From the NCBI GenBank assembly GCA_030141605.1, contig JAQGDQ010000105.1:434001-498000 (forward strand): DNA of 64,000 nt. Reading direction: 5' to 3'. The notes under the pieces are model-generated. The model saw nothing but the letters and a program-made list of their open reading frames with translations. It was not told the DNA's origin and made no database searches. This stretch comes from Tubiluchus corallicola. Its lineage: Eukaryota; Animalia; Priapulida. Shown piece after piece: positions 23,396 to 36,623 of the stretch; position 1 is the first letter of the stretch; every line of letters starts with the position of its first letter. The position numbers and the translations under genes were made by a program.

Positions 23396-25099
23396 GACAT
23401 ATGCAGTTCTCTGTTCTTTGAGATTCGGAAACATTATCTGAACTCATAATAACATTTGTAGCTCGCAAGCTGCATACATGCGTAATGGTCAACATATCAT
23501 GAAGTTCGTGATACTTGTACTTTTTCTTTGTAGGAAACTACAAAGTTCGGCTGTAGCAACTAAATATCTATAGTTATTTAATGACAATAACATCTACAAT
23601 TGCCCAGCGAAAATTTATATAAAGTGCGCATTTTACACAATTATTTTTTTCTCACACAGTTTTTACTTACATTTAATATGCACAGATTTTTGATGCCTCA
23701 GGTTTGATACATTGAAAGTGGTGGATCTCATTTTTGTTTTACAAAAAGCATGTTAAAACCCACATGTATGTTATAAGCAAAAAGTACGTTGTGTATCAAT
23801 GATTATGACGTTTATATGATTTTCATTCGATTTTTATTTTTTTAAATGCCTAACTAATACAACGTATTCAGAGTTTTCAAAAACAAATTTATAAAAAAAA
23901 TTCTGATTACCAAAAAATGGAGTGTTCGTATTTTTTCATTTTAGAAGGCAGTGGCCTTCTATGATTCTTCTAATGCTTTTGTTTTTCCTTTTGCGAATAT
24001 GACATTAGTGAGTAGTCAAATGACAGTGTTCGAAATTACTGCTTAAAGTCAATGCCCTACGATACATCTTGTAATGATTGCCAAATGTGAAACACTCGCT
24101 AATAACTTGAAGCTCGGCATAATCACAAACTGACCGACTTTAAGAATATCATTACTTTTGTGTACTGAGTTGAGATGTGACGAGCCTTACTTGGTTTCAG
24201 TTATATTGATGCCTTGATAGAGGTTTTTATAACTTATTGTCCTTAATAGAGAAATTTTAACTTTTTTGAATTTTTATTGCATAGTTTTGGATTATTGGTT
24301 TACAAACAATTTTATGAATAATGTGTACGTTGTAAAAGCGAAGGGAAGGGCATACAATTACTTTTGTTCGTAATCTTGTGCAAACTGTGATACCTTATCT
24401 TAATTTTACAATTCAGTACACTGTTTTATAGTTGCAATTGATAGTGATAAATGTTAATTTTGAAGTGCGATATTTAATTTATTTGTTGATTTTTCAGAGG
24501 CCTTGGTAAAAGGCTTATTGATCAAGCCTTCAAAAATTTGTTTAAAAAATACAGTGTATAGGTAATGTACCAATGCTGTCAAGATGTGTGGCACCGCTTT
24601 ATCAGACCTTTTTGTTTCACTCATAATAATATAATAAAAAGATTAAAAGTCACGAACTATAGATTCATTCAAGCTGTTTTATTTAGTTTCTAAACTGTTT
24701 CTTGATAATTGAGACGTTGTCAGCTGACTTTCTTCGGGAAATGCAATAATTATTATTACTGGAAGAACATATTATTATTTATACGCACAAGCTTTATTAC
24801 AAATAAGTCTAATAAAGCAAACTAATAATGAATCCTGTCATCTAAAAATAAAAACTGTTGGGACTGTATTTGCTCTACCGTACAAATCAGAAATCTTCAA
24901 ATAATGCATTGTTACTTTGCAAGTCCTAGCTACTTGATAAACAAAAAAATTGTTCCATACTTAGAAAATAATGTTATGTATAGCAGTGTTTAGAACAACA
25001 TGTAACATCTTGGGGTTGTCAGACTCCCTTGAATAAAATTCCCAAGAAGTATGCTGGTGTTTATTGTACTGAAATTCTCAGGCACAAACTTGTAACTTT

Positions 25100-25715
25100 G
25101 GTATAGTTGCCTATACAAGTGGACAACTACTGTATAGAATTTTCAATTCTATTTACCCATTTGTCCATTCATGTGTCTGTCTGTTAGTATGCCTGTGCGT
25201 CCGTCGCCCCCTTTACTCAACTTTTACGTAATGCAGGATTAGGAAGTTGATATTTAGCATACAGATAGAGTATGGGTCATAATTTGGAGGAACTTTTGAA
25301 CCAATGATTATCTGTCATCTGTTGCCACTTTCTCCGCTATGGAGTAATTTAGGAAGTTGATACTTGTGATACAGGTAGGATATGAGTCAAATTTTTGGAT
25401 CAGTGGCTGTCAGTCTGCCACCACATTTGCTCTGTAGAATAATCCACGTTAATATTTGAGGTGCGGGTAGGGTACTGGTCAAACTCTAATTTTTGGATTA
25501 CTGTCTGTTGTCACTTTTTTAGCTGTGGAGTAATCTGGGAAACTGATACTTGGCACATGGGTAGGGTATGATCAAACTCAGAGCTAATTATTCATGGATC
25601 ATGGTTTGTCCATCTGTCTGATGCCACTTTTATGTCACCATGGAGTAATCTAGCTTAAAGTAAAAGCAATCCATACCAATGCAGAAAATTCATTTTTGCA
25701 GTTGTCTCCAATCAC
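25100..25715 (+). mobile_element. Helentron-associated (HINE/DINE-1/pearl-like) non-autonomous relic
   Basis: A short hairpin tagttgcc...ggacaacta, a (GTCT/GTCC)-like microsatellite at about 25175-25205, four diverged ~100-110-bp core repeats (ggaagttgata..tt....atacaggtagg.tatg.gtcaaa) and a 3' hairpin gcagaaaattcatttttgc. Confidence 0.5.
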
Positions 25716-27370
25716 ACACTTCTGAAATTCTTTACATGTCTGTCGAATTATCGATTTGATTAAGACTATTATGCCCTCAGATGAGGCTCAAGTTTTGGGG
25801 ATCTTTAAATTAAGTTACTTTCTAAACGTTAACTAATCTTAAATTCAAACTTAAGTTAAATTAGAATGAATAGATTGTAAATATTTTTTTCAAACACGAA
25901 GAATTGTTTTATCTTTTTTTATGTTTATGTTTTCCGTTTATTATTGTCTGTAGTTGGCTTGCGCCATTACTTTTGTTCAAATTAAGAGATGCTCATGGTT
26001 TGACTGGTTTAAAATTGCTTTCACTTGGGCATGTTCACTTCTGAAAGTGAACATGTTCTGTACCTGTAATCTCTGCATGCCATCCACCCTTGGTTAACAC
26101 AGACTGCAAACTGTGGTCATCAAATGATATACTATTAGTGTACATATCCAGATTATGCTAGTGTTTGTTTAAGCTGATTCTGTTTTACATGAGGCTCTAA
26201 CTAACCATTAATCATTCAGAAAAAGGGTGAGCAGGCAGAGTGGTGGCTGAAGTTGCACTGCAAATGGGTGAACGTGCTTGGTATAAATAACAACACGTTG
26301 CAATCAACTACAACGACAAAAATTACATGTATTGTATGTCCTATTTGTTTACATCTTTTAATAGCTGAATGCTTTAACTAAAATTGTATATAAACTTCAA
26401 ATGCAAACAATAAACTGAATAAAATAAAACATTTAGGGTACATGAACAACATGTTTGGGTTAAAATAAGTTACTGTTTGTATGAGTCTAAATAATGAATG
26501 CACACAGGCTACTGTTTGTATAGCACGTGACCGTTAAGGGTTGAATAATTTGGTTGGTTTACCTTGTATGAACCTTGACCGGTCAAAGCTTATATGTAAA
26601 GATAACTGCTAAGCAATATTACAAGTGCTTGGACAAAAGAGTTTCTGCTGTGCAACTTTGTTTCTCAGTCCTTCAACAAGGGTAAGCAAGCATGGCATAT
26701 GTGCATTATGTTTTGTTTTAGATGATGCAATTTAAAGTCCATAAACTGACCTATTATATTGCTTTCAAACTTCAGTAGTAATTCTAAATGATAAGTTATG
26801 GTACCGGTAGCACTTTTTATGACAGTCTGAGCAGTGCTCATGTTATGTTTAGAATAGCATGAAGTGCATCGATGTAGCCTTAAGTTTCTCATTCGGAACA
26901 GAGGTTTTGATATTAGCCCACAGTCTTAGTAATAATTTAAACAATAGCATTTTAGAAATCATCCTGGCAAATTGTGTTTATTTACTGTTTAGAATTTATA
27001 GCAACTAATAATTGTATTTTAAGTAAGTAATTTGTAATTGAAGATCTTGAAATGATCAGTCTGGCAAAATGATGTTAGCTAGAATAAATGACTTTTATTT
27101 ATATCTCCTTGCATACTAAAAGTGAGGTTCTGCATCCACAAGACTTCCTTCCAAAGTATCCTTCATTTTCACTAGCACTGGCTAAAATTAAAATTTATGT
27201 GTGATAACACCTCTGCATATAACTATTATAATTGTGCAAGAGATTTTTATACATAGGTAGTTGTCTGAAACATTGGTATGTCTTTTGTACCATTCATGAG
27301 CAAAGTATCATTACATTTAGTGACTTTGAATTTGTTACAGAAAACTTTGATGCCCACCAGTATATGAGGC

Positions 27371-27706
27371 ATGATGTCGGATGACCTGCCAAAGTACTTC
27401 CCAGAGCCAAATCCTATAGACAATCCATGGAATTATGTCATCATCTTTGTCTGTATTCTTATTCCAATCATCATACTGTTTTTCATCTGTTTAATCTTTT
27501 ACGAAGTCAGACAGAAGCGCGACCTTATCAAATTTCGCGAGAGAGAGATAGCTAGAAGAGAAGCGTGGGTTCGCCAACTATCTGAATCTGCTAGACACTC
27601 ATATACGCCTAAAAGCCATAAACCATCTGACACTGTAGAGCTAGAAGAAATGATAAAAGTAGAAGAACAGAAGAAAAACTCCCGTTCAAATTTAGACAAT
27701 TTATGA
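27371..27706 (+). CDS. Uncharacterised small single-pass (type III-like) membrane protein, 111 aa
   Basis: ATG-initiated ORF with a splice acceptor (tttgttacag) 30 nt upstream. One hydrophobic helix (YVIIFVCILIPIIILFFICLIFY) is followed by a basic, charged tail. AATAAA lies at about 28012. Confidence 0.65.
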   Translation: MMSDDLPKYFPEPNPIDNPWNYVIIFVCILIPIIILFFICLIFYEVRQKRDLIKFREREIARREAWVRQLSESARHSYTPKSHKPSDTVELEEMIKVEEQKKNSRSNLDNL

Positions 27707-28482
27707 TCTTTAAGAACACCAGCATCAAAAAGGAAAATTAGTTTTATTTATAAGTTGTTACAAATGGCAAAAACGTAGTCTCAGCTGGTCCACACTTTCA
27801 CTGCGCATTCATACAATGTTTCAATAGTTTACCAATAGTCTTGATAAATAGATCAATGTAGTTGATTGAAACACTGTAGCTGGACTGGTTGGCAGCACTA
27901 GAACGCCTAGATGTGGTTTACTTACATAACTTTATATGCCACGCATATCTTATTGTCATTAATCATGTTTTGTTACTAAACATCACTAGTCTAGTTATAC
28001 CAAAGACTGTGAATAAAGCTTTGAGTTAGAATTCGTTTTTTTCAGTTCACTCTCAAACAGCTATATGTAGGTTTCACCATAGAAGATTATGAAAATTTTA
28101 TTACAGAGAACCATATTAATAATACCATGATCGTTAAAAGTGGAGATTAATAATTTATAAAAAAGTGAAGTAAAAATGAGAAAACTTTCTTTTGGGATGA
28201 ACATTACTAGTGTCTGCTTCAGCTCTCAATTATGAAGTAAGAAATCGGCATTCACCACTGTTTCTGTAAGTTGCATACAGGTCTTCATAAGAAATGTGAA
28301 AAACAAATGTATTGTTTAACTATTGTGATTCAACTTTTTGTACATTCAGAATCTACAAGTGTAAAACTCCTCACAGAAATAAGCCTCAAAGCAAAACCTT
28401 AACATATCGGCAGCGAAGAAACACTGAGTGTGACAATCTTGATGTACAAGAATAATCCTGACAAATTTGCTAACCACCAAGG

Positions 28483-31400
28483 TTATGGTAGTAATCTGTT
28501 GTACTCCGAGAACAACGTCGACTTTTTCACTGCATCCAGCATTCGAGCAGCGTAATGAAACCAGTTCCTTTCAGACAGTGGTGTGCGTGTTAGCGGATGT
28601 CGAGTAATGGATAGTATCTGATTACGCAGTGACTTCAGCAGAAAGTTGGTGCTGGGTCTTCCCAAATATGTATGTGCATTGCTTTGCGATTCAGACTCTA
28701 GCCAAGGTAAAGCAAACAAGTTTGTGGTAAGTGCTCTGTTTGTACCATTCAAAGCAGGAATAACATCACCATGTGAGAACGAAACCATACCTTGGTATTT
28801 CAACATGGAATTATGAAAAACAGTGCTCAGCGTATTATCCATTGATCGTAGAGCATCAATGCTAAAGTCATCAACTCCAGCTTTATTAAGAATAAAGACA
28901 ATGTGCGGGTAATACTCAGACTGACCATCTACAGGATGTCCAGACTCGTGTGACATCGACGGCGAACTAGGCTTCAACATCTCGGCTGTTTGGAGGAGTC
29001 TCAATAAATTGAAGTCAGTAAACCAATCTTGAACGATAATCACAACATGACAAACTGTCATTAAAAATGAAGCAATCTGCACCGACTGCAGTTCTGCATA
29101 ATTCTCCATGTAATTAAAATCTATTGGACATTTCTTGTCGAATTGAATGATGTTGTCTAATATGGAAGCACTGAGAAGGGGTTGTGTATCCAAAAGGATC
29201 ATCCGTTCCCCAGTTACGAACATATCTACACCAGATGTCTGATGAAGAGCACTTTCTTGTTTTTCGTCTGATCCGGTCTTAAACACACAGTGTGTCAGAT
29301 CATTCAAATGATCTGTTTCCGTCAACAAAGAAAGAACCGTCGACTTGCCCACTCCTTGTAAGCCAAGTACGCCGACAACAAGGTAATCAGTCTGTTCAAG
29401 AAGAACATCTAATCCACTGTCACACCATTGTAGTGTTTCATCAATCAGTTTAACTGAACACTTCATCGGTGGTGCAGATGCTAATTTACTTTTAAAACTT
29501 GCTTGCAGATCTTGTGCTAAAATAGAAAAAGGACAACAGCAAAAATTTAAATCATGCAGTCCTAGACACTAATGCTACTGGAAAAATTAAATCACGGGAT
29601 TACATGCGAAAATTGTGCAAACCCATATTTAATTGCAATATTCGTTTCTAGGTTCATTTGTTAGTATGAAACATTAACTTTTGAATAAACTTGCCCTAAA
29701 CTACAATTTTCACAGTGGCTTCGTCTCTTGTACAAAATTATAAACCTTTCACTGGCACTATTAATTATTATAATCTCAAAAAAATGTCACGATTATTATT
29801 AATAATGTTACAAACCCACAATTAATTAAATTTTGACAATAAACTTGAATAACAGGAAATGTGAAAAAGTTGGGATGCAGCCTTTTCACATTTCCTGTCT
29901 TTCAAGTTTACAGAGACATACCAGGCTAGTGACTTAGTGAGGCTACTGCATAACTTTGTCAACATACAGAATACAAGAGGTCTAAAATGGTTTTGTCTGA
30001 AACCATTTAACTGATAAAGAATGTGCAGAGATTACAAGCTGATAAAACAATCCAACACAAACTCATTTAAACTGGTAACTTTTAGTTTAACACTTATGGC
30101 TATTATTAAACCATTTTTACATTCTCGGACGTCATTTACACCAAAACGGCACTTGCAACCAGCTACGCTTACCAGAAGGCTTTTGTTGCAGAATGTATTG
30201 TGGTTGTATTCCTGCCTCCCGGCCAACCATAGTGATACCACTTTGAGAGGACACAGACGAAGTGCTGGGCATCATCTGATCATCTCTTGATCTCATCAGA
30301 ACCATGGGGCTTCTCTCCGTGAATAAAGGCTGTGAATTGGCTCGATCCAATGACGAAGCCTATAATTGATAATTAGTAATTTTAAAGTTACCCCATATTT
30401 TGTATTAAAATAATAATTCGTACTCACCATCTGATGAGATACGTGCTCTAAGACCTTGCCAAAAATGACAGCAAGTTGCAACACTTTAAAATCAACTCAT
30501 TAATCTCCTCTCTTGAACTTTGTCTCCTGATGAGCTTCCAACTAGTATCACAAGCAACAGGAAATCATATGACCATTGAAACCGTATTTACAGTTTTTCC
30601 TCATCAAAAAGTTTCAAGTAAATAGAATACGGACACGTGCAAAAAACGCACTTTGCTTATAAACAGGTATATGTAAAAAAATACAAATTTAGAACTATAA
30701 CTTCGCCACACGTTTTCTTGTTAATTACCATTATGACTGTGTTGCATTGACAATAATGTTATTGTGATCGTATGAAATACAGCACAGCATGCAAACAATG
30801 AAAACATTATACATGCACTATCTTATACAAGATGTGACGTCAGACAAACGTTTACTCAGCAGCGCATATAGCAGCCTCGAACAGTTGAGGAGAACCCGCT
30901 CGCGCTAGTTAAGATTGCTGGGGGTACTTCATCAGTAACATATATATTAATTTCTGTGGCTTATGGCAGGTACTGGAAGGCAGTATAAAGAATTAGTTTC
31001 ATATACATTTGAATCCACCGTTTCATTCCTGGCCATTTTGCAGGCAATAAATGAGTTTAGCAGTATAACGTGGGCTTGCCTGTACATCTGACAAAAGACA
31101 GAAATTGAAGTTATTTTAGCAAAGCATTACAAGGCAAAAGTTCAAGTCACTGAACAGAAGTCACATGCATAAGCTTAGCAATCTCAGAAATTTAATGCAA
31201 AATTATGACGGACAGAAGCATGCCGCAAGGAATGACGAACAATTGAGCATTTGTGGAATGATGAACATTTAAGTTGTCAGACACAAGATAATCTGGATCA
31301 TTTCAAATGCACATAATATTCGATGTTTTCCAGGAAAAAAATGCACTGAGAATGGTGCTTTTGTGAAGAACTGCCTAAATCCGTTTAATCAGTTAGTTCG

Positions 31401-32144
31401 TTGGATGTGAGCATTACCTACTTGAAAGTCAAAAGCATTACAACACTGTTTTGAGTTTTCTTAGATAACGAATAAAAATAAACTAACCCGATCACTGCCT
31501 TCACCGCCAGCACTCGGCCCGCTTCCACTGCTGCCTATGGGAGAGTGCTTGGCAAGTATGATTGGGGTTTTAACGCTTGATGGTGTAGTTTCTCTTTCCC
31601 TCTCTCTTCTGCTTGAAAATGCAGCAGCACCTGAAATAGGTGCTATTTAATAGGCTTCCGAGTTACTGATATTTTGAATAATACTAAAACAGACAAAAGG
31701 CGTTATCTAATGATTAAGACCATATATGCCAAATATGATTTGAAAAAAGCCACTAATCTTGTCTTAAAATTTTATACCGACTAGAGTAATACAATACATT
31801 TATTACCATTCCAAAATTTTGGTATAACCGTAAGCAATGGTTATTGATACACAATTATGTTAAGCACAGAATTTTAAGGCAACTGAACAAGTTACAGTAA
31901 ACAAAATAACATTTTGCAAAAAAGTGTGATTCAAGGTGCATACATTTATTCTTTTTGTTAAATCTAATTATATATCTGAAAATAGTTTTCTAAAAAAATC
32001 CTGAAGCTATAACATTCAGAATAAACAAAAATTAGGCAAAAGAGAATTTTATATAATTTTTATAGTTACAAATATCTGAAATAACTTACTACCACCTCGT
32101 CTCCCCCTCTCTTGCCTCTTCTTTCTCCCAACAGGTTCAGACAT
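28483..32144 (-). CDS. SMG9: Nonsense-mediated decay factor SMG9, ~472 aa
   Basis: Exons 32144-32090, 31630-31488, 30359-30173 and 29516-28483 (phases 1, 0, 1 consistent). N-terminal KTPIILAK, P-loop GLQGVGKST, LLDTQPLLS, FLMTVCHVVIIVQDW, LQTAEMLKPS, and the C-terminal LSERNWFHYAAR...SEYNRLL. Confidence 0.95.
29840..29910 (-). ncRNA. 71-nt near-perfect hairpin in SMG9 intron 3 (pre-miRNA-like candidate)
   Basis: taaacttgaa..acaggaaatgtgaaaa pairs with ttttcacatttcctgt..ttcaagttta. The hairpin is certain; any RNA function is inference. Confidence 0.35.
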
Positions 32145-35100
32145 TAGTAGCTAAAGTCTCTCCAGTTGATTGATATTTAAACCTGAATGTAAAATAGAGT
32201 TTTGTACAGTTTTAAAGAGAAATATATCTAAAACATTAATATATACAACTTTTAAATGCAATTTATTTCCTGAAACATTGAACACAATATTATCTTAATA
32301 ACAGAGTGTGTTAGCAGTTAAAGAATAATTAGTGCTATACAAGGACCAGTATCATGTTTAATGAACCAGTAGCATTAGTGATTTATCATTTATTTAACTA
32401 AGCCACTATTAATTTTAAGAATCCTGATCATATATATTCTTACAGGTATGCAAGTTTAGAACAGCTGCATATTTATGGATTAAAAAACATTGGCTATACT
32501 TCCTCAGAATTGTGATATACTCTCATTTTACATAAATGCAATGAAAAATAAGAGAATTTTGGGATTAGCGGAATTGCTGAATAGCATGGGGTGTGCAAGG
32601 TAGCAAAGATAAGCAACACTAGGCTTGGGTAGTAAAGTGGATGACTGACCTGAAATATTAGTCCTATTAGGTTGGGGACCCATTTGCCATATTCCACTCC
32701 AGCATTGAGGGACACAGTATACATATTGGAATGCACGCAACACCTATGGTTGTCTGTCTAGCGTCTCATTTTAACAGCCCTGCGAGTTCCTAGCATTGAT
32801 TACTAGCTCTTCGACTTGCTGAACTGTATAAAGGCTAGGCTAGCAGATTTAAAAGGCCTATAAGCATAACAGCACCAGGGGGCATATTCTTAAGCTCCGA
32901 GAATTCAATTGTTAGTGCAAAGTTATGAAATCATAACTAGATCTCAGAATGCATGTTTAGACTAGTTCAGATTCACTGCCGTACTTGGAAGAACATAACA
33001 AGCAAAACAAAAGAGAAGCAAAATTGTTAAGGTCTGTTGTTAAGTAAGCTTACTGGGAAAGTTTGCCTTTTCCCATCTTAGTGTGGAGCTGCCCCGTGTT
33101 ACTTATTAAACAGATATAGATAGATCCAAACATTAAGTTAAAATTTGTGGCATGGCTTGGCACTTACATCAACAAACAACAAACTACATGCAAACAAAGT
33201 GGTGACAGGATTATGCCCAAAAGCCATTTTATTTACACTATAATGCTAATACAACGTAAGTACTGTGTACTCAGTTAGACATCTATACATTATACATGTA
33301 ACTAAAAATGACAAGATAGATGGCAGCACAATAAATTATACATAAAATAAAGCAGGCTCTACTAAAAAACTTATTATTAAAAGCACTTATTATTATTTGC
33401 AAATGCCATATAATTTGCAAAAAAACTTAAATGTGGCCTACCTACTTTTGTTCAAGTATGACTGGTCAACATTTAGCAGTAAACAGGCAGTGAACACAAA
33501 ACTGCAAAAAAGTTACTACTCAAAAACTGTAAGTAATTGAGCAGCCAAACTTGGATAACATGTAATAACAAATAGGAAACACATTCTAAAGTGGCAGTTG
33601 CAGTTGATGAGCATGCGTGAGTTTTCAAGGTCAAAGGTCAATTACAGTTTGCAACTCACAAAATGTAAAGAATTAGGCAACTCAATTTGAGCACTATGAC
33701 AACCAAAGTTTAGGTCATTCACTCAGTGAATAAACAAGAGTCCGACAGTGAATACGAAACTACAAGTGCAAAAGCCTGAGAAAAAAATTTAAAAAATGGA
33801 AAGATGATTCCCTATTTTCATTTACTAAATTTTGTGAAAGTTTTTTTAGTCATTCAAAAGCTTGCATCTTATCAAATTTATTAATAAGCTGTTAATTAAA
33901 TAAAATATTACAAAATGGTCTCTTATTATTGCTTACACTTATATTGTTATTATTGTACAGCAATTAGATAATTCTAATTTCTAAATTTTAAACTAAAATT
34001 TTAGTGTGTCTGTTGCATGAAAGGATTTAAAGACACGAAATAATTATGTAAATTAAAGAATTACAAAAAAGTATATTATGTAGGTTCATAGAAATATCGA
34101 TTAGCACTACAAAAAGTATGTTACACAGGTGCATAGAAATATTGATTAATTTATCATACTTGCTTTGAACATACATTTTTGCTATGATTTCAAATTACCT
34201 TGAAACTTATATTTAAGAAAACTGCCTCTCCAGCCTATACAACAAATCAATATTTTCGCTTTTTAGACATGATGTGCACATCATTTACATTTAACAATAC
34301 CGCACATACACATTCTCACCAGAAAATGTACAAAACTGCTTCCTAGGAAGTCTTCATTTTTTCTTGCATGCTATTGGACATGTTAGTTTTGCAAATGTAT
34401 TTCTTAAGAGGAGAGTGAAAATCTTAAAGGCACTCATTAAAATATGTTGGGAAAAATCTGAAAGTATTTAGTACATAGGTGCAGCAAATAATAGTTGAGA
34501 ATATATCATTGTTCTAAGCATTAACGGACAAAAAAGAAATCTGTTTAACAGAAAAAAAACTAGTTTCATTCAAAAAGTTCAGTTCATCAGTTACCAATTT
34601 ATATGCCAAAATTGACCTATGGAATAATGACTATGTAAAGTGACCTGTTAATACTGATTGTGTAAATATATAATGCATGTAATATATTATACAAACTAAT
34701 AAAATCCAGAATACTAGCTACTATGTGCAGCTATATATACATAAGTGAATATTTACTTCAAAGCACTAGCAATAATTAATTTACTAACAACAATGAAATT
34801 TAAATTTTTCTCAAACTATCACAGCTACTACAATAATTACAAACGCAAAGTCACTTTACAAATAACAATTAATCTTCAAGCAACCAAAACTATAACAAAT
34901 TTTGGACTTTCAATTTTAGCAAAATCGCTAGAAACTTGTTACTCATTTAAGCTTACAGTGCAGCCGAAGTAGTTTGTAAATGCTCCTTGATCCTGATACA
35001 CCATTCTTGTAACAAATGCATACACGCAAACCAGTCGAAGAATTAGTAAATTTAACTTATTATTTGTTTGTACAAGACAAAGATGTCTACAGTATAAACT

Positions 35101-35658
35101 TCTAGTGCTATATCATAAAAACACTTAGTTACATCATGATCAAAGTTCAAAAATTTGAATAAAGTCACCATAAATTTTTCATTTCTATTGAGAAATGCAT
35201 TGTCATAATGATTAAAATAAATATCAGAAAATGAATTCTACATAACATGAACGGCATGCTTTATATAGTAATGTATCAGAAAAATTCAAGCAAGATCGTT
35301 TCACAATTAATACCTATTATTATAATATGCGCTTATAATCAACACTTGGCAGCTTTGGTAATGTACCACAAGGTTCACAACTTTGATATGTGCATGTTAA
35401 CGATTTGTATTTTAATAATCATATTGTTTTAACTAGTTAAGCCCTAATAAATCAATGCAAATTAAATTCGCCTATAGGTGCTGACACGCATCCAGTCAAA
35501 ACTAGACTAATGCTCTACCGACATAAATTTTTACCAAATTTCAAACAACATTCTCTGTTGGCAATTTCAGTTATTTAAAAGCATACATACCAAAGTGACC
35601 ATCTACCAAACATACAGTCATTGCATATTTAGTCATAATTAAAGGAGTAAGAAAAGTA

Positions 35659-36159
35659 CAGTCAACCTCAGATATAAGAGACACCTCCGGACCGGAAGAA
35701 ATCATCCCTTATATCCGATGTCCTTTATAGCCGAAGTTGAGTCAGACCGAAGGTGTATCTAGACCTGTGAGCTCTATATACCTCATCTGGTAGCCTAATG
35801 CCCAATGAACCGTTTGTCGCAATGTAGGTAATATACCAATATAATGCAAACACATCCAATCGTCTTGAACTGAACACAAAAAGCGATGTTTATTCATACT
35901 CATCCCAAATACAAAATTTTTACAAATATAAAAAATATTTGACCATAGGGTCCCTTATATGCGAGGTAATTTACCTGGGTTTCTATTATGCGGGACCTGA
36001 AGATGGTATCCCTTATAACTGAAAGTCCCTTATATCCGAGTACCTTATATACGAAGATTTTTATAAAGAAAAACGTTACGAAAAATTGGGACCAGCGTTG
36101 GTGGTCCCTTATAAGCGAATGTCCCTTATAAGCGAGTACCTTATATCCGAGATTAACTG
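35659..36159. mobile_element. Tc1/mariner-pogo (Tigger-type) MITE
   Basis: TA-flanked TIRs cagtcaacctcagatataag versus rc cagttaatctcggatataag, with repeated subterminal (gt)cccttata(t/a)(c/g)cga motifs. Confidence 0.85.
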
Positions 36160-36623
36160 TAGTAAATTTTGTCTACCCTACTGGCTACATAAAACTCAGG
36201 AATAAGACAATATTCAATTTCTGTTGATTCAAATATAACTAGAAGTGCTAATGTCTTCCCCAAGCCAATGAAAGGCACAGTAACAGGGATAAGCCCAAAC
36301 AGGTGATAGTTAATTATTAAGAAAGTACTGTAATTGTAAAATAACTGCACACAAGTATTTGGTAGAATAATGTACACAACTTATAATCAGATGCAATTTT
36401 CCACATAATCTCCAAGTACAAAAAAATTATCGATGCCAACAATCCATTAATATTAATTATTATATTATAGTAAGCCTGAAAATTTACATATTTACGCAGA
36501 AGAAAATGATTGAATACTATTTTAAAAACTTGATTATGATGGTACAATAATAAAGCAAAGCACATAGTTACATCATGGCAAGCACAAATTGGATACGTAA
36601 AAATATCCTACACACAAAATTTA

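Noticed and set aside
32600-32820. Possible Deu/Nin-domain SINE (atgagacg core on -)
   Set aside because: The similarity is too short and weak to call without a search.
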